Assembly: GCA_047284725.1 (NCBI GenBank)
Contig: JBJBEO010000001.1
Coordinates: 2,456,203-2,520,202, forward strand
DNA: 64,000 bases
Reading direction: 5' to 3'
Origin: Synechococcus sp.
GTDB taxonomy: Bacteria > Cyanobacteriota > Cyanobacteriia > PCC-6307 > Cyanobiaceae
The notes beneath the pieces were generated by a model. That model ran no database searches and was not told the DNA's origin. It saw only the letters and a program-made list of their open reading frames with translations. The position numbers were made by a program, and so were the translations under genes. Shown here piece after piece: positions 56,187-64,000 of the stretch (positions are counted from its first letter, which is position 1; the number at the start of each line of letters is the position of its first letter).

Positions 56187-58331
56187 ATGGGCTTCAAGTT
56201 GTTGCATCTCCACCTCCATGGTTTGTTCCGGTCGCACGATCTGGAGTTGGGCCGGGATGCCGATACCGGTGGTCAGACGTTGTATGTGCTGGAACTGGCG
56301 AGGGGTTTGGCCGCTCGACCAGAGGTTGCGCGCGTGGAGGTGGTCACACGCCTGATCCATGACCGGCGCGTGTCGCTTGATTACGCCAGAGCTGAGGAGG
56401 TGATTGCCCCCGGTGCTTCGATTGTGCGTTTGCCGTTTGGCCCCCGACGTTATCTGCGCAAGGAGCAGCTCTGGCCCTATCTCGATGACCTGGCCGACCA
56501 GCTGGTGGCGAGGCTTCAGAATCCCCAGCACCGACCCGATTGGATCCATGCCCATTATGCCGATGCCGGTTATGTGGGGGCGTTGGTCAGCCGTCGCCTG
56601 GGGATTCCACTGGTGTTCACCGGCCATTCTCTGGGCCGGGAAAAGTTACGCCGTCTCCTGGCGGCTGGTGGTGACCACGATCAGATCGAGCAGACGTTCT
56701 CGATCAGCCGACGCATCGATGCTGAGGAACTGGCACTGGTGCATGCCGACCTGGTGATCACCAGTACCCGCCAGGAAGCTGATCAGCAGTATTCCCGCTA
56801 CGGACGGTTTCATCCGGATCGGGCGGAAGTGGTGCCGCCCGGCGTGGATGCCCGTCGTTTCCATCCCCAGGCCACCAGCCTGGAACGTCAGGAGGTGGAT
56901 CTCCTCCTGGACCCTTTCCTGCGCAAGCCAGATCTTCCACCCCTGCTCGCGATTTCCCGGGCGGTGCGGCGCAAGAACATTCCTGCCCTGGTGGAGGCCT
57001 TTGGTCGCTCACCGGTTTTGCGGGAACGCCACAACCTGGTGTTGGTGCTCGGCTGCCGTGAGGATCCTCGCCAATTGGAGAAGCCGCAGCGGGAGGTGTT
57101 CCAGCAGGTGTTCGATCTGGTGGATCGCTACGACCTCTACGGCCAGGTGGCTTACCCGAAGCAGCATCGTCGCGATCAGATTCCTGCCATCTATCGCTGG
57201 GCAGCCCAGCGGCAGGGGTTGTTTGTGAATCCAGCCCTCACCGAACCGTTTGGTCTCACCCTGTTGGAGGCGGCTGCCTGCGGTCTGCCGATGGTGGCCA
57301 CTGACGATGGCGGTCCGCGCGACATCCTCTCCCGTTGTGACAACGGTCTGCTCGTGGACGTCACCGATCTCGAAGCCGTGCAGGACGGTCTCGAACAGGC
57401 TGGGTCAGACCCTGTGCGTTGGCAGCGCTGGAGCGACAACGGCATTGAGGCGGTGAGCCGTCATTTCAGTTGGGATGCGCACATTTGCTCCTATCTGTCG
57501 CTGATGCAGCGCAAGTTGCGCAGTCGTGAGCGGGTGCTGACCGGTGCTGCGGACCTGAGCGTGGCCCCTGTATCGACGCCTTTGGGAGATCGTCTGCTTC
57601 TGCTCGATCTGGATCACAGTCTCGACAGTCCTGCGGGGGTTGGTTTCGATGCCCTGCGTGATCACCTGGAGCAAGAGTCACGCTCCGGTCGCCCCAGCAC
57701 CCTGGGGATCCTGACGGGTCGTTCCTTGGCGGCTGCCCGCCATCGTTTTGCAGACCTGCACTTGCCTGACCCCGGTGTGTGGATCACCCGGGCGGGCACG
57801 GAAATTGTCTACGGCCAAGACGAGACTCCTGACGCCGAGTGGTCACGCACCATCGCGGTGGACTGGAATCGCGCCCGGGTGGAAGAGTCCCTGCTCGGGC
57901 TTGGCTCCCACCTGAGGTTGCAGGAGGCCGACCACCAAGGCGAGTTCAAGGTCAGTTATCTGCTGCGGCAGTCGGAGGATCAGATCCTGTCGTTGGTGCG
58001 CCAGCGTCTGCGTCAGCGCCAACAGGCGGCTCGGCCTTCTCTGCGCTGCCATTGGTTCCTGGATGTGACGCCGATCGGTGCGTCTCGCAGTGAGGCGATT
58101 CGTTACCTCTCCCTGCGTTGGGGTCTTCCCCTTGACCGGATTCTTGTGGTCGCCAGCGAACACGGGGATGGCGAGCTGGTGCAGGGATTGCCCGCCACGG
58201 TGGTTCTGGCGGAGCATGATCCCAGCCTTGATGGCTTTCGCCAGCAACCGCGCGTGTTCTTTGCCAGTCGCCAGTCGATGTCGGGGGTTCTGGAGGGCAT
58301 CCAGCACTACCGCTTCCAAAAGCGTCGTTGA
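56187..58331 (+). CDS. sps: Sucrose-phosphate synthase (GT4) with C-terminal HAD/SPP-like domain
   Basis: LHGLFR, GRDADTGGQ, HAHYADAG, TGHSLG, EPFGLTLLEAAA; DLDHS HAD motif. Confidence 0.93.
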   Translation: MGFKLLHLHLHGLFRSHDLELGRDADTGGQTLYVLELARGLAARPEVARVEVVTRLIHDRRVSLDYARAEEVIAPGASIVRLPFGPRRYLRKEQLWPYLDDLADQLVARLQNPQHRPDWIHAHYADAGYVGALVSRRLGIPLVFTGHSLGREKLRRLLAAGGDHDQIEQTFSISRRIDAEELALVHADLVITSTRQEADQQYSRYGRFHPDRAEVVPPGVDARRFHPQATSLERQEVDLLLDPFLRKPDLPPLLAISRAVRRKNIPALVEAFGRSPVLRERHNLVLVLGCREDPRQLEKPQREVFQQVFDLVDRYDLYGQVAYPKQHRRDQIPAIYRWAAQRQGLFVNPALTEPFGLTLLEAAACGLPMVATDDGGPRDILSRCDNGLLVDVTDLEAVQDGLEQAGSDPVRWQRWSDNGIEAVSRHFSWDAHICSYLSLMQRKLRSRERVLTGAADLSVAPVSTPLGDRLLLLDLDHSLDSPAGVGFDALRDHLEQESRSGRPSTLGILTGRSLAAARHRFADLHLPDPGVWITRAGTEIVYGQDETPDAEWSRTIAVDWNRARVEESLLGLGSHLRLQEADHQGEFKVSYLLRQSEDQILSLVRQRLRQRQQAARPSLRCHWFLDVTPIGASRSEAIRYLSLRWGLPLDRILVVASEHGDGELVQGLPATVVLAEHDPSLDGFRQQPRVFFASRQSMSGVLEGIQHYRFQKRR

Positions 58332-58337
58332 TGGGGC

Positions 58338-59504
58338 TCAGCCCGGCAGCACCTCAATGCAGGAGGCGGCCCGATCGGCTTTGTCCCGTGCGTTCGCCAC
58401 GTCTGTTCCACAGCTGAGGGCGACGCCCATGCGCCGGCCGGGGCGGGCATCCGGTTTGCCGAAGAGCAACACCTGGCTGTCTGGTTCGCTCAGAGCTGCT
58501 GCGACTCCTGAGAAGGTGACGCTGGTCATGGCTCGATCGGCCAGGATCACACGGCTTGCCGAGGGGGCCTGGCATTGAATCGTCGGGATGGGCAGGCCGA
58601 GCACCGCCCGCAGGTGCAGTTCGAACTCACTCAGGTTCTGGCTGGCCAGGGTCACCAGACCTGTGTCGTGGGGCCTGGGTGAGAGCTCGGAGAACACCAC
58701 CTCGTCGCCGCAGAGGAAGAATTCCACACCGAAGAGGCCGACGCCTCCAAGGTTGTCGGTCACGGTGCGGGCCATGGCCTGGGCTTGCTCCAGCTGGGTG
58801 GCACTGAGGGCGGCGGGCTGCCAGCTGCACTGATAGTCGCCGCCGCTTTGTTCATGGCCGATCGGCGGACAGAACAGGGTGGTGCCATCCGTCTGGCGAA
58901 TCGTGAGCAGGGTGATCTCCAGCTCGAACCGCAGGAATTCCTCCACGATCACCCGGTCACCGCTGCCCCGGGCTCCGGACACGGCTGTCTGCCAGGCGCT
59001 TTCGAGCTCATCGGCACTGTGCACTACGCTCTGGCCCTTGCCGGAGGAACTCATCACCGGTTTGACCACAACAGGAAAGCCGAGCGGAGCGGTCGCGGCC
59101 TTCAGTTCTTCCAGGTTGGTGGCGTAGGCGAAGCGGGCTGTGCGCAGGCCGAGCTCATCGGCGGCGAGGTCGCGGATGCGGTCGCGATTCATCGTCACCG
59201 CTGTGGCGCGGGCGGTGGGGATGACCTGGATGCCGTCATCCTCCAGGGCCTGAAGTGCATCCACCGCCAGGGCTTCGATTTCAGGGATCACGACATCGGG
59301 CTTGTGCCTCCGCACCATCGCCTGCAAGGCGGAGGCATCCGTCATAGCAATCACTTCCGCCTGATCCGCCACCTGCATGGCGGGAGCATTCGCATAGCGA
59401 TCGCAGGCGATCACCCTGCAGCCCAGGCGCTGGGCGGCGATCACCACTTCCTTACCCAGTTCGCCGCTGCCCAGCAGCATCACGGTTTTGGGGAACATGG
59501 TCAT
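58338..59504 (-). CDS. purT: Formate-dependent phosphoribosylglycinamide formyltransferase
   Basis: MLLGSGELGKE, KPVMSSSGKGQS, ELSPRPHDTG, RRMGVAL. Confidence 0.95.
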   Translation of the reverse strand: MTMFPKTVMLLGSGELGKEVVIAAQRLGCRVIACDRYANAPAMQVADQAEVIAMTDASALQAMVRRHKPDVVIPEIEALAVDALQALEDDGIQVIPTARATAVTMNRDRIRDLAADELGLRTARFAYATNLEELKAATAPLGFPVVVKPVMSSSGKGQSVVHSADELESAWQTAVSGARGSGDRVIVEEFLRFELEITLLTIRQTDGTTLFCPPIGHEQSGGDYQCSWQPAALSATQLEQAQAMARTVTDNLGGVGLFGVEFFLCGDEVVFSELSPRPHDTGLVTLASQNLSEFELHLRAVLGLPIPTIQCQAPSASRVILADRAMTSVTFSGVAAALSEPDSQVLLFGKPDARPGRRMGVALSCGTDVANARDKADRAASCIEVLPG

Positions 59505-59550
59505 GGACGGTGAGGCATCAGCATGGTGTGATCTTCGCGTTTCGCCGGGC

Positions 59551-59712
59551 ATGGCCTCGCTGTTTGCTTTTTCCACGGCCGGTGATGCTGCCAATGGTCT
59601 GCTGTTCGGCTGGGAGATCGCCACGTTGCAGAAGTGGGCATTGATTTATCTCGGGGTGTCGTCGCTGGCTTTTGTGGTGGTGTGGATTGTCGGTGCTGTG
59701 CGTCGTCAGTGA
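59551..59712 (+). CDS. Small single-TM picocyanobacterial membrane protein
   Basis: 53 aa, GLLFGW..LQKWALIYLGVSSLAFVVVW; divergent from purT. Confidence 0.6.
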   Translation: MASLFAFSTAGDAANGLLFGWEIATLQKWALIYLGVSSLAFVVVWIVGAVRRQ

Positions 59713-59716
59713 TCGT

Positions 59717-59980
59717 TCACCCCTGATGGGGCGGATCGGAAGGATCGGGAATCAGAGTGAGCTGTCGCTCGGGTGATTCCTCGTTCACGAATCCCCAGGC
59801 ATCGAACACCGCCGGAGTGGGGTGGGTGATGCGTTGTTGCTGATTGCTGCGTTCCAGCTGGAACCCTTCCTTGGCCATCCGACGCATCAGGCTTGCCGCT
59901 TCTTCGAAGCGAGCAGCCATGGCTTCGAGGCTTGCGCAGTCGCTGGTGAGACCAGCTTCTTTCCAGGTGAAATAGGCCAT
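59717..59980 (-). CDS. Conserved hypothetical protein
   Basis: MAYFTWKEAGL...LEAMAARFEE...; core-like codon usage, fills the gap after mraY. Confidence 0.65.
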   Translation of the reverse strand: MAYFTWKEAGLTSDCASLEAMAARFEEAASLMRRMAKEGFQLERSNQQQRITHPTPAVFDAWGFVNEESPERQLTLIPDPSDPPHQG

Positions 59981-60087
59981 GGCCGTGACAGCGGGGTGGT
60001 GGTGCTGGTTGCTAACCAATCCTGCTTGGTTGGCGGTTTATGGAGACCCGTAACGAGACTGTGACGCGATTGACGCGTTGATGTGCC

Positions 60088-61191
60088 TCATGCGGTTGGG
60101 CGCAGCAGGAGGCCCAGCACCACCAGGCCTGCGGTTGTGAGCCAGAACCCGTGTACCACCTGCTGCTCGGCCATGCCTCCCAGTTCGAAGTGGTGGTGCA
60201 GGGGCGCCATGCGCAGCACGCGATGGCCCTGGCCGGTGTCGGGATCTTTGGTGGCCTTGAACACCCACACCTGCAGGATCACGGAGAGCGACTCCGCCAG
60301 AAACACCCCGCCCATCACCAGCAGCGGCCAGAGACTGTTGCTGAGCAGAGCCACCGCCGTGAGAGCAGCGCCCATGGCCAGCGACCCCGTGTCGCCCATG
60401 AACACCTTGGCAGGATTGCGGTTGTGGATCAGAAAGCCGATCCAGGCTCCGGCCATCGCCATGCAGAACCCCGCCAGTACGGGGTCGCCGCTGTTGCCGC
60501 GCAACAGCAACTGCAGCCCCAGACCGGTGAAGACCAGAGCGGCGCAGCCGGATGCCAGGCCATCCAGGCCATCGGTGAGGTTGGTGGCGTTGCTCTCCGC
60601 CAGAAACACGAACAGACCCAAGGGCCAGATCAACCAGCCGAGGTGGATCTGCCAGGCGAAGGGGAGAGCCACGGTGGTGGAGATCCACCCCTGCCATCCG
60701 GAAACGGTCAGAAACAGGGCGGCCACCCCGGCCTGGAGCAGCAGTTTTCCCTGTGGTGTGAGGCCTGTGTTGGTCTGTCGCGTCAGGCTGCGCCAGTCAT
60801 CGAGACCGCCGATCCACATGAACGCCAGGGTTACGGCAGCAACAGCCAGCAAGCGCATGTCCTGGCCGTCGCCAATGCTCACCAGAGCACCGATGATCAC
60901 ACCCACCGGCACCACCAGCAGACCACCCATGGTGGGGGTGCCCCCTTTGCTCAGATGGGCCTGGGGTCCGTCTTCCCGAATCACCTGACCCATCTTCAGG
61001 GCCCGCAGCCTGGGGATGCCCAGCCCGGCGATCAGGCTTGCCAGCAGTGTGGTGGCCAGCAGTGGCAGGCTGAGCAGGCTGCTGTGCTGTTGGGCGTCGA
61101 AGCCGAAGGCAGAGGCGAACACCACACTGGCCAGCACTGCCGCTGGCCAGCGACCGTCCTGCGGTTGGGACGGATCCTTGGGTTCACGCAC
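60088..61191 (-). CDS. mraY: Phospho-N-acetylmuramoyl-pentapeptide transferase
   Basis: [38 protein letters not shown]. Confidence 0.96.
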   Translation of the reverse strand: MREPKDPSQPQDGRWPAAVLASVVFASAFGFDAQQHSSLLSLPLLATTLLASLIAGLGIPRLRALKMGQVIREDGPQAHLSKGGTPTMGGLLVVPVGVIIGALVSIGDGQDMRLLAVAAVTLAFMWIGGLDDWRSLTRQTNTGLTPQGKLLLQAGVAALFLTVSGWQGWISTTVALPFAWQIHLGWLIWPLGLFVFLAESNATNLTDGLDGLASGCAALVFTGLGLQLLLRGNSGDPVLAGFCMAMAGAWIGFLIHNRNPAKVFMGDTGSLAMGAALTAVALLSNSLWPLLVMGGVFLAESLSVILQVWVFKATKDPDTGQGHRVLRMAPLHHHFELGGMAEQQVVHGFWLTTAGLVVLGLLLRPTA

Positions 61192-61302
61192 GGTTTGGCC
61201 TCGAGGCGCCCGGACGATAGGGGAACCGCCGGTTCCCCATCGCTGGGAAGGGTCAGTCGACCGTCAGGCCTGCCGGGGGCCAGCGCAGCGATCCGGCACG
61301 AC

Positions 61303-61554
61303 TCAGTCTTCCCAGCCTTCTTCTTGCTCGTCGTCCTTGTTGTAGTCCTCTTTCTCGCCCATCAGCGCCGACAGTTCCTCCTCTTCCACCGTGCTCACAT
61401 CGCTGGACGAGGATTCCTCGTCTTCCACCAGGCGTCCACTGGTTTCAAGCCAGCTGAGCAGATCGGGCTCTTCGCGCAGGGGCAGCACCGGTGCCGGCTC
61501 CTTGCGCCCGTAACGGGTCAGGGCTGGGTTGATGCTGTCGAGTGCGCTGCTCAT
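61303..61554 (-). CDS. DUF3134-like cyanobacterial protein
   Basis: NPALTRYGRKEPAPVLPL...LLSWLETSGRL followed by an acidic tail; upstream of mraY. Confidence 0.75.
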   Translation of the reverse strand: MSSALDSINPALTRYGRKEPAPVLPLREEPDLLSWLETSGRLVEDEESSSSDVSTVEEEELSALMGEKEDYNKDDEQEEGWED

Positions 61555-61631
61555 CGCCGAGGACAAAGTCCAATCAGTCCAATCAATCAGCATAGTGGAC
61601 GGCAATCACACCGATCGGGAGCCGGAGCGGT

Positions 61632-61856
61632 TTGGGTAGCAAATCTCTGATGTTGCTGCTGGTCTGGGGATTGGCTCTTCTGATCAGCGTCTGTCTGCGC
61701 GCCTGGGGTGCTCAGCACCCCGGGGATCCCGCCATTGATGCCACCGTTGTGGCTCTGCTGGTGTTTGCCCCGTCGGGGCTGGTGCTGGCCTGGTTGTTGG
61801 TGGGGCTGACCGGCGGGGAGGGAGAATCAGACGATTGTGAACAGGAGTCCCGTTGA
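61632..61856 (+). CDS. Small two-TM hypothetical membrane protein
   Basis: Two hydrophobic helices; stop overlaps argG start. Confidence 0.55.
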   Translation: MGSKSLMLLLVWGLALLISVCLRAWGAQHPGDPAIDATVVALLVFAPSGLVLAWLLVGLTGGEGESDDCEQESR

Positions 61857-63061
61857 TGGGCCGTGCGAAGAAGGTCGTGCTCGCCTATTCCGGTGGAGTG
61901 GATACCAGCGTCTGTATTCCCTATCTCAAGCAGGAATGGGGCGTCGACGAGGTGATCACCTTCGCGGCCGATCTCGGTCAGGGGGATGAGCTCGAGCCGA
62001 TCCGCTTGAAGGCCCTGGAAGCCGGGGCCAGCCAGTCGCTGGTGGGCGACCTGATTCAGCCTTTCATCGAGGAGTTCGCGTTTCCGGCCATTCGGGCCAA
62101 TGCTCTGTATGAAGGGCGCTATCCCCTCTCCACCGCTCTGGCACGCCCGCTGATCGCCCGTCGCCTCGTGGAGGTGGCCCGCGAGGTGGGTGCCGATGCC
62201 GTGGCCCATGGATGCACCGGAAAGGGCAACGACCAGGTTCGCTTCGATGTGGCCATTGCTGCCCTGGCGCCGGATCTGAAGGTGCTTACCCCTGCGCGCG
62301 AGTGGGGGATGAGCCGTGAGGAAACGATCGCCTACGGCGAGCGCTGCGGGATTCCTGCGCCGGTGAGCAAGAAGTCGCCGTATTCGATCGACCTCAACCT
62401 GCTCGGTCGCAGCATCGAGGCGGGTCCCCTGGAGGATCCGATGGTGGCGCCGCCTGAGGAGGTGTTCGCCATGACCCGGTCGGTGGCCGACACCCCTGAT
62501 GCCCCTGACGAGATCGAGATCAGTTTTGAGGCCGGGAATCCCGTCGCCATCAACGGTCAGCGTCTGGATCCGGTGGCCCTGATCCGCGAGGCCAACCGTC
62601 TCGCGGGAACCCATGGCATCGGCCGTCTCGACATGATCGAGAACCGGGTGGTGGGGATCAAGAGCCGCGAGATCTACGAAACGCCTGGTCTGCTGCTGCT
62701 GATTCAGGCCCACCAGGAGCTGGAAAGCCTCACCCTCGCTGCCGATGTGCTGCGCAGCAAGCGTCAGCTGGAGATGCAGTGGGCCGACCTGGTGTACCAG
62801 GGGCTCTGGTTCGGCCCCCTCAAGGATGCCCTCGACGGCTTCATGGACCGCACGCAGCAGCACGTGAACGGCGTCGTTCGCCTGCGCCTCCACAAGGGCA
62901 CCGCCACGGTCACCGGCCGGGCCTCCACCGGCAGCAGCCTCTATGTGCCGGCCATGGCCTCCTACGGCAGTGAGGATCAATTCGATCACCGTGCCGCTGA
63001 GGGCTTCATCTACGTGTGGGGTCTTCCGACCCGTCTCTGGGCTGCAACCCATCGCCGCTGA
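61856..63061 (+). CDS. argG: Argininosuccinate synthase
   Basis: [36 protein letters not shown]. Confidence 0.97.
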   Translation: MGRAKKVVLAYSGGVDTSVCIPYLKQEWGVDEVITFAADLGQGDELEPIRLKALEAGASQSLVGDLIQPFIEEFAFPAIRANALYEGRYPLSTALARPLIARRLVEVAREVGADAVAHGCTGKGNDQVRFDVAIAALAPDLKVLTPAREWGMSREETIAYGERCGIPAPVSKKSPYSIDLNLLGRSIEAGPLEDPMVAPPEEVFAMTRSVADTPDAPDEIEISFEAGNPVAINGQRLDPVALIREANRLAGTHGIGRLDMIENRVVGIKSREIYETPGLLLLIQAHQELESLTLAADVLRSKRQLEMQWADLVYQGLWFGPLKDALDGFMDRTQQHVNGVVRLRLHKGTATVTGRASTGSSLYVPAMASYGSEDQFDHRAAEGFIYVWGLPTRLWAATHRR

Positions 63062-63110
63062 TGCAGCCAGCGGATTCTCCTCTGGCTTGCTGCCGCACCA
63101 GCTGCCGCCG

Positions 63111-63533
63111 TCAGGCGGCTTTATTGGATGCGTCGTGGTCGTCCTGCGTTCCGAGCCGGCGCATCAGAGGCCAGTTCCAACGCAAGGCAGGCCGTTGCAG
63201 GGGTTCGCGGGCCGGTTCGAGCAACTCCTGCGCCTGGGCCAGGAGGCGATAGCGCTCCAGCAGTGGTTCCAGCCGTTGCTGGAACTTGCGCTCGAACAGA
63301 TCGGGCAGATCGGCCAGGAGGCTTTCATACTCAGCCACGCTGGCTTCGAGTTCTTCGACTCGGGCGCGGAGACGGATCAGCTCAGCCTGCGCAGCGCTGT
63401 TGTCGTAGATGGTGTCGTCAAGGTCCATGACGGGCTCTGCGGTAACTGGACTTCCATGGGATGGCTTGTCCTTCCTGTCTACAGCAGCCCAGAGCGGTGA
63501 TGGCGCCTGATGGTCATCAAAAAAAAAGTCCAT
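63111..63533 (-). CDS. Hypothetical coiled-coil protein
   Basis: LRARVEELE...YESLLADLPDLFERKFQQRLEPLLERY; start uncertain. Confidence 0.55.
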   Translation of the reverse strand: MDFFFDDHQAPSPLWAAVDRKDKPSHGSPVTAEPVMDLDDTIYDNSAAQAELIRLRARVEELEASVAEYESLLADLPDLFERKFQQRLEPLLERYRLLAQAQELLEPAREPLQRPALRWNWPLMRRLGTQDDHDASNKAA

Positions 63534-63587
63534 GGCCAGACGGTATCGCCCGGCCATGGAGCCATCAATGCTTGGTCAGGCGATCAA

Positions 63588-63968
63588 TCAGGCGGGGGTT
63601 CCGGCGGGCTCAGCCTGGTCCTGTGCGGCGGCGGCAGGCGCGCTGCCGGGCATCACGCGGGGCTCGGGCAGAGGTCCTTCCTGCTTCACGGTGAGGTAGC
63701 GCATCACGTCTTCGCTGAGGCGCATGGCCTTCTCCAGCACAGCCACCTGCTGGCCGTCGCCGTTGTGGCTCAGCTGCACGTAGATGCCTTCCTTGTTCTT
63801 GTTGATCGCGTACGCCAGGCGACGCTTGCCGCGCATCTGGTTATCGAGCACCTCGGCGCCAGCCTCAACGAGGATGTCGCGGTACTTGGTGAGATGGGAC
63901 TCAACTTCCTCTTCCGGAATGTCCGGACGGAGGATGTACATGGTCTCGTAGTAAGGCGTCTGGGTCAT
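63588..63968 (-). CDS. rpsF: 30S ribosomal protein S6
   Basis: [24 protein letters not shown]. Confidence 0.96.
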   Translation of the reverse strand: MTQTPYYETMYILRPDIPEEEVESHLTKYRDILVEAGAEVLDNQMRGKRRLAYAINKNKEGIYVQLSHNGDGQQVAVLEKAMRLSEDVMRYLTVKQEGPLPEPRVMPGSAPAAAAQDQAEPAGTPA

Positions 63969-64000
63969 TGGGGATCGATCCGACAGGGACTCAAGGCTCA

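Noticed and set aside
63519..63527. A9 tract near the start of the coiled-coil gene as a phase-variation site
   Set aside because: In frame (FFF), start codon uncertain, and no evidence of length variation from a single sequence.

Overview
Chromosomal window of a marine picocyanobacterium (Synechococcus-like, roughly 60% GC by spot counts) spanning the replication origin between dnaN and thrC. Most of it is core housekeeping synteny: thiL, gap2, murC/murB, rsgA, dnaJ/grpE, pilB-pilT-pilC, msrB, dusA, rbp, argH, ftsY, nusB, queG, a gyrA/parC paralogue, purF/purL, dnaN, oriC, thrC, recN, uvrA, sps, purT, mraY, argG, rpsF. The accessory element is an ~11.5 kb low-GC island between uvrA and an alpha/beta hydrolase gene (~42750-54300), almost entirely devoted to c-di-GMP signalling. 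It encodes a membrane GGDEF protein, an orphan PhnD-like binding lipoprotein converging on a MASE1-CHASE-GGDEF cyclase, a PAS-PAS(Cys-less LOV-like)-GGDEF-EAL protein and a broken membrane GGDEF gene, plus a TerB-like gene and a frameshifted small membrane-protein gene missed by the ORF track. The oriC shows a DnaA-box/GC/trio/AT-rich unwinding-site architecture built from degenerate boxes. All family calls come from motif recognition, not database searches.
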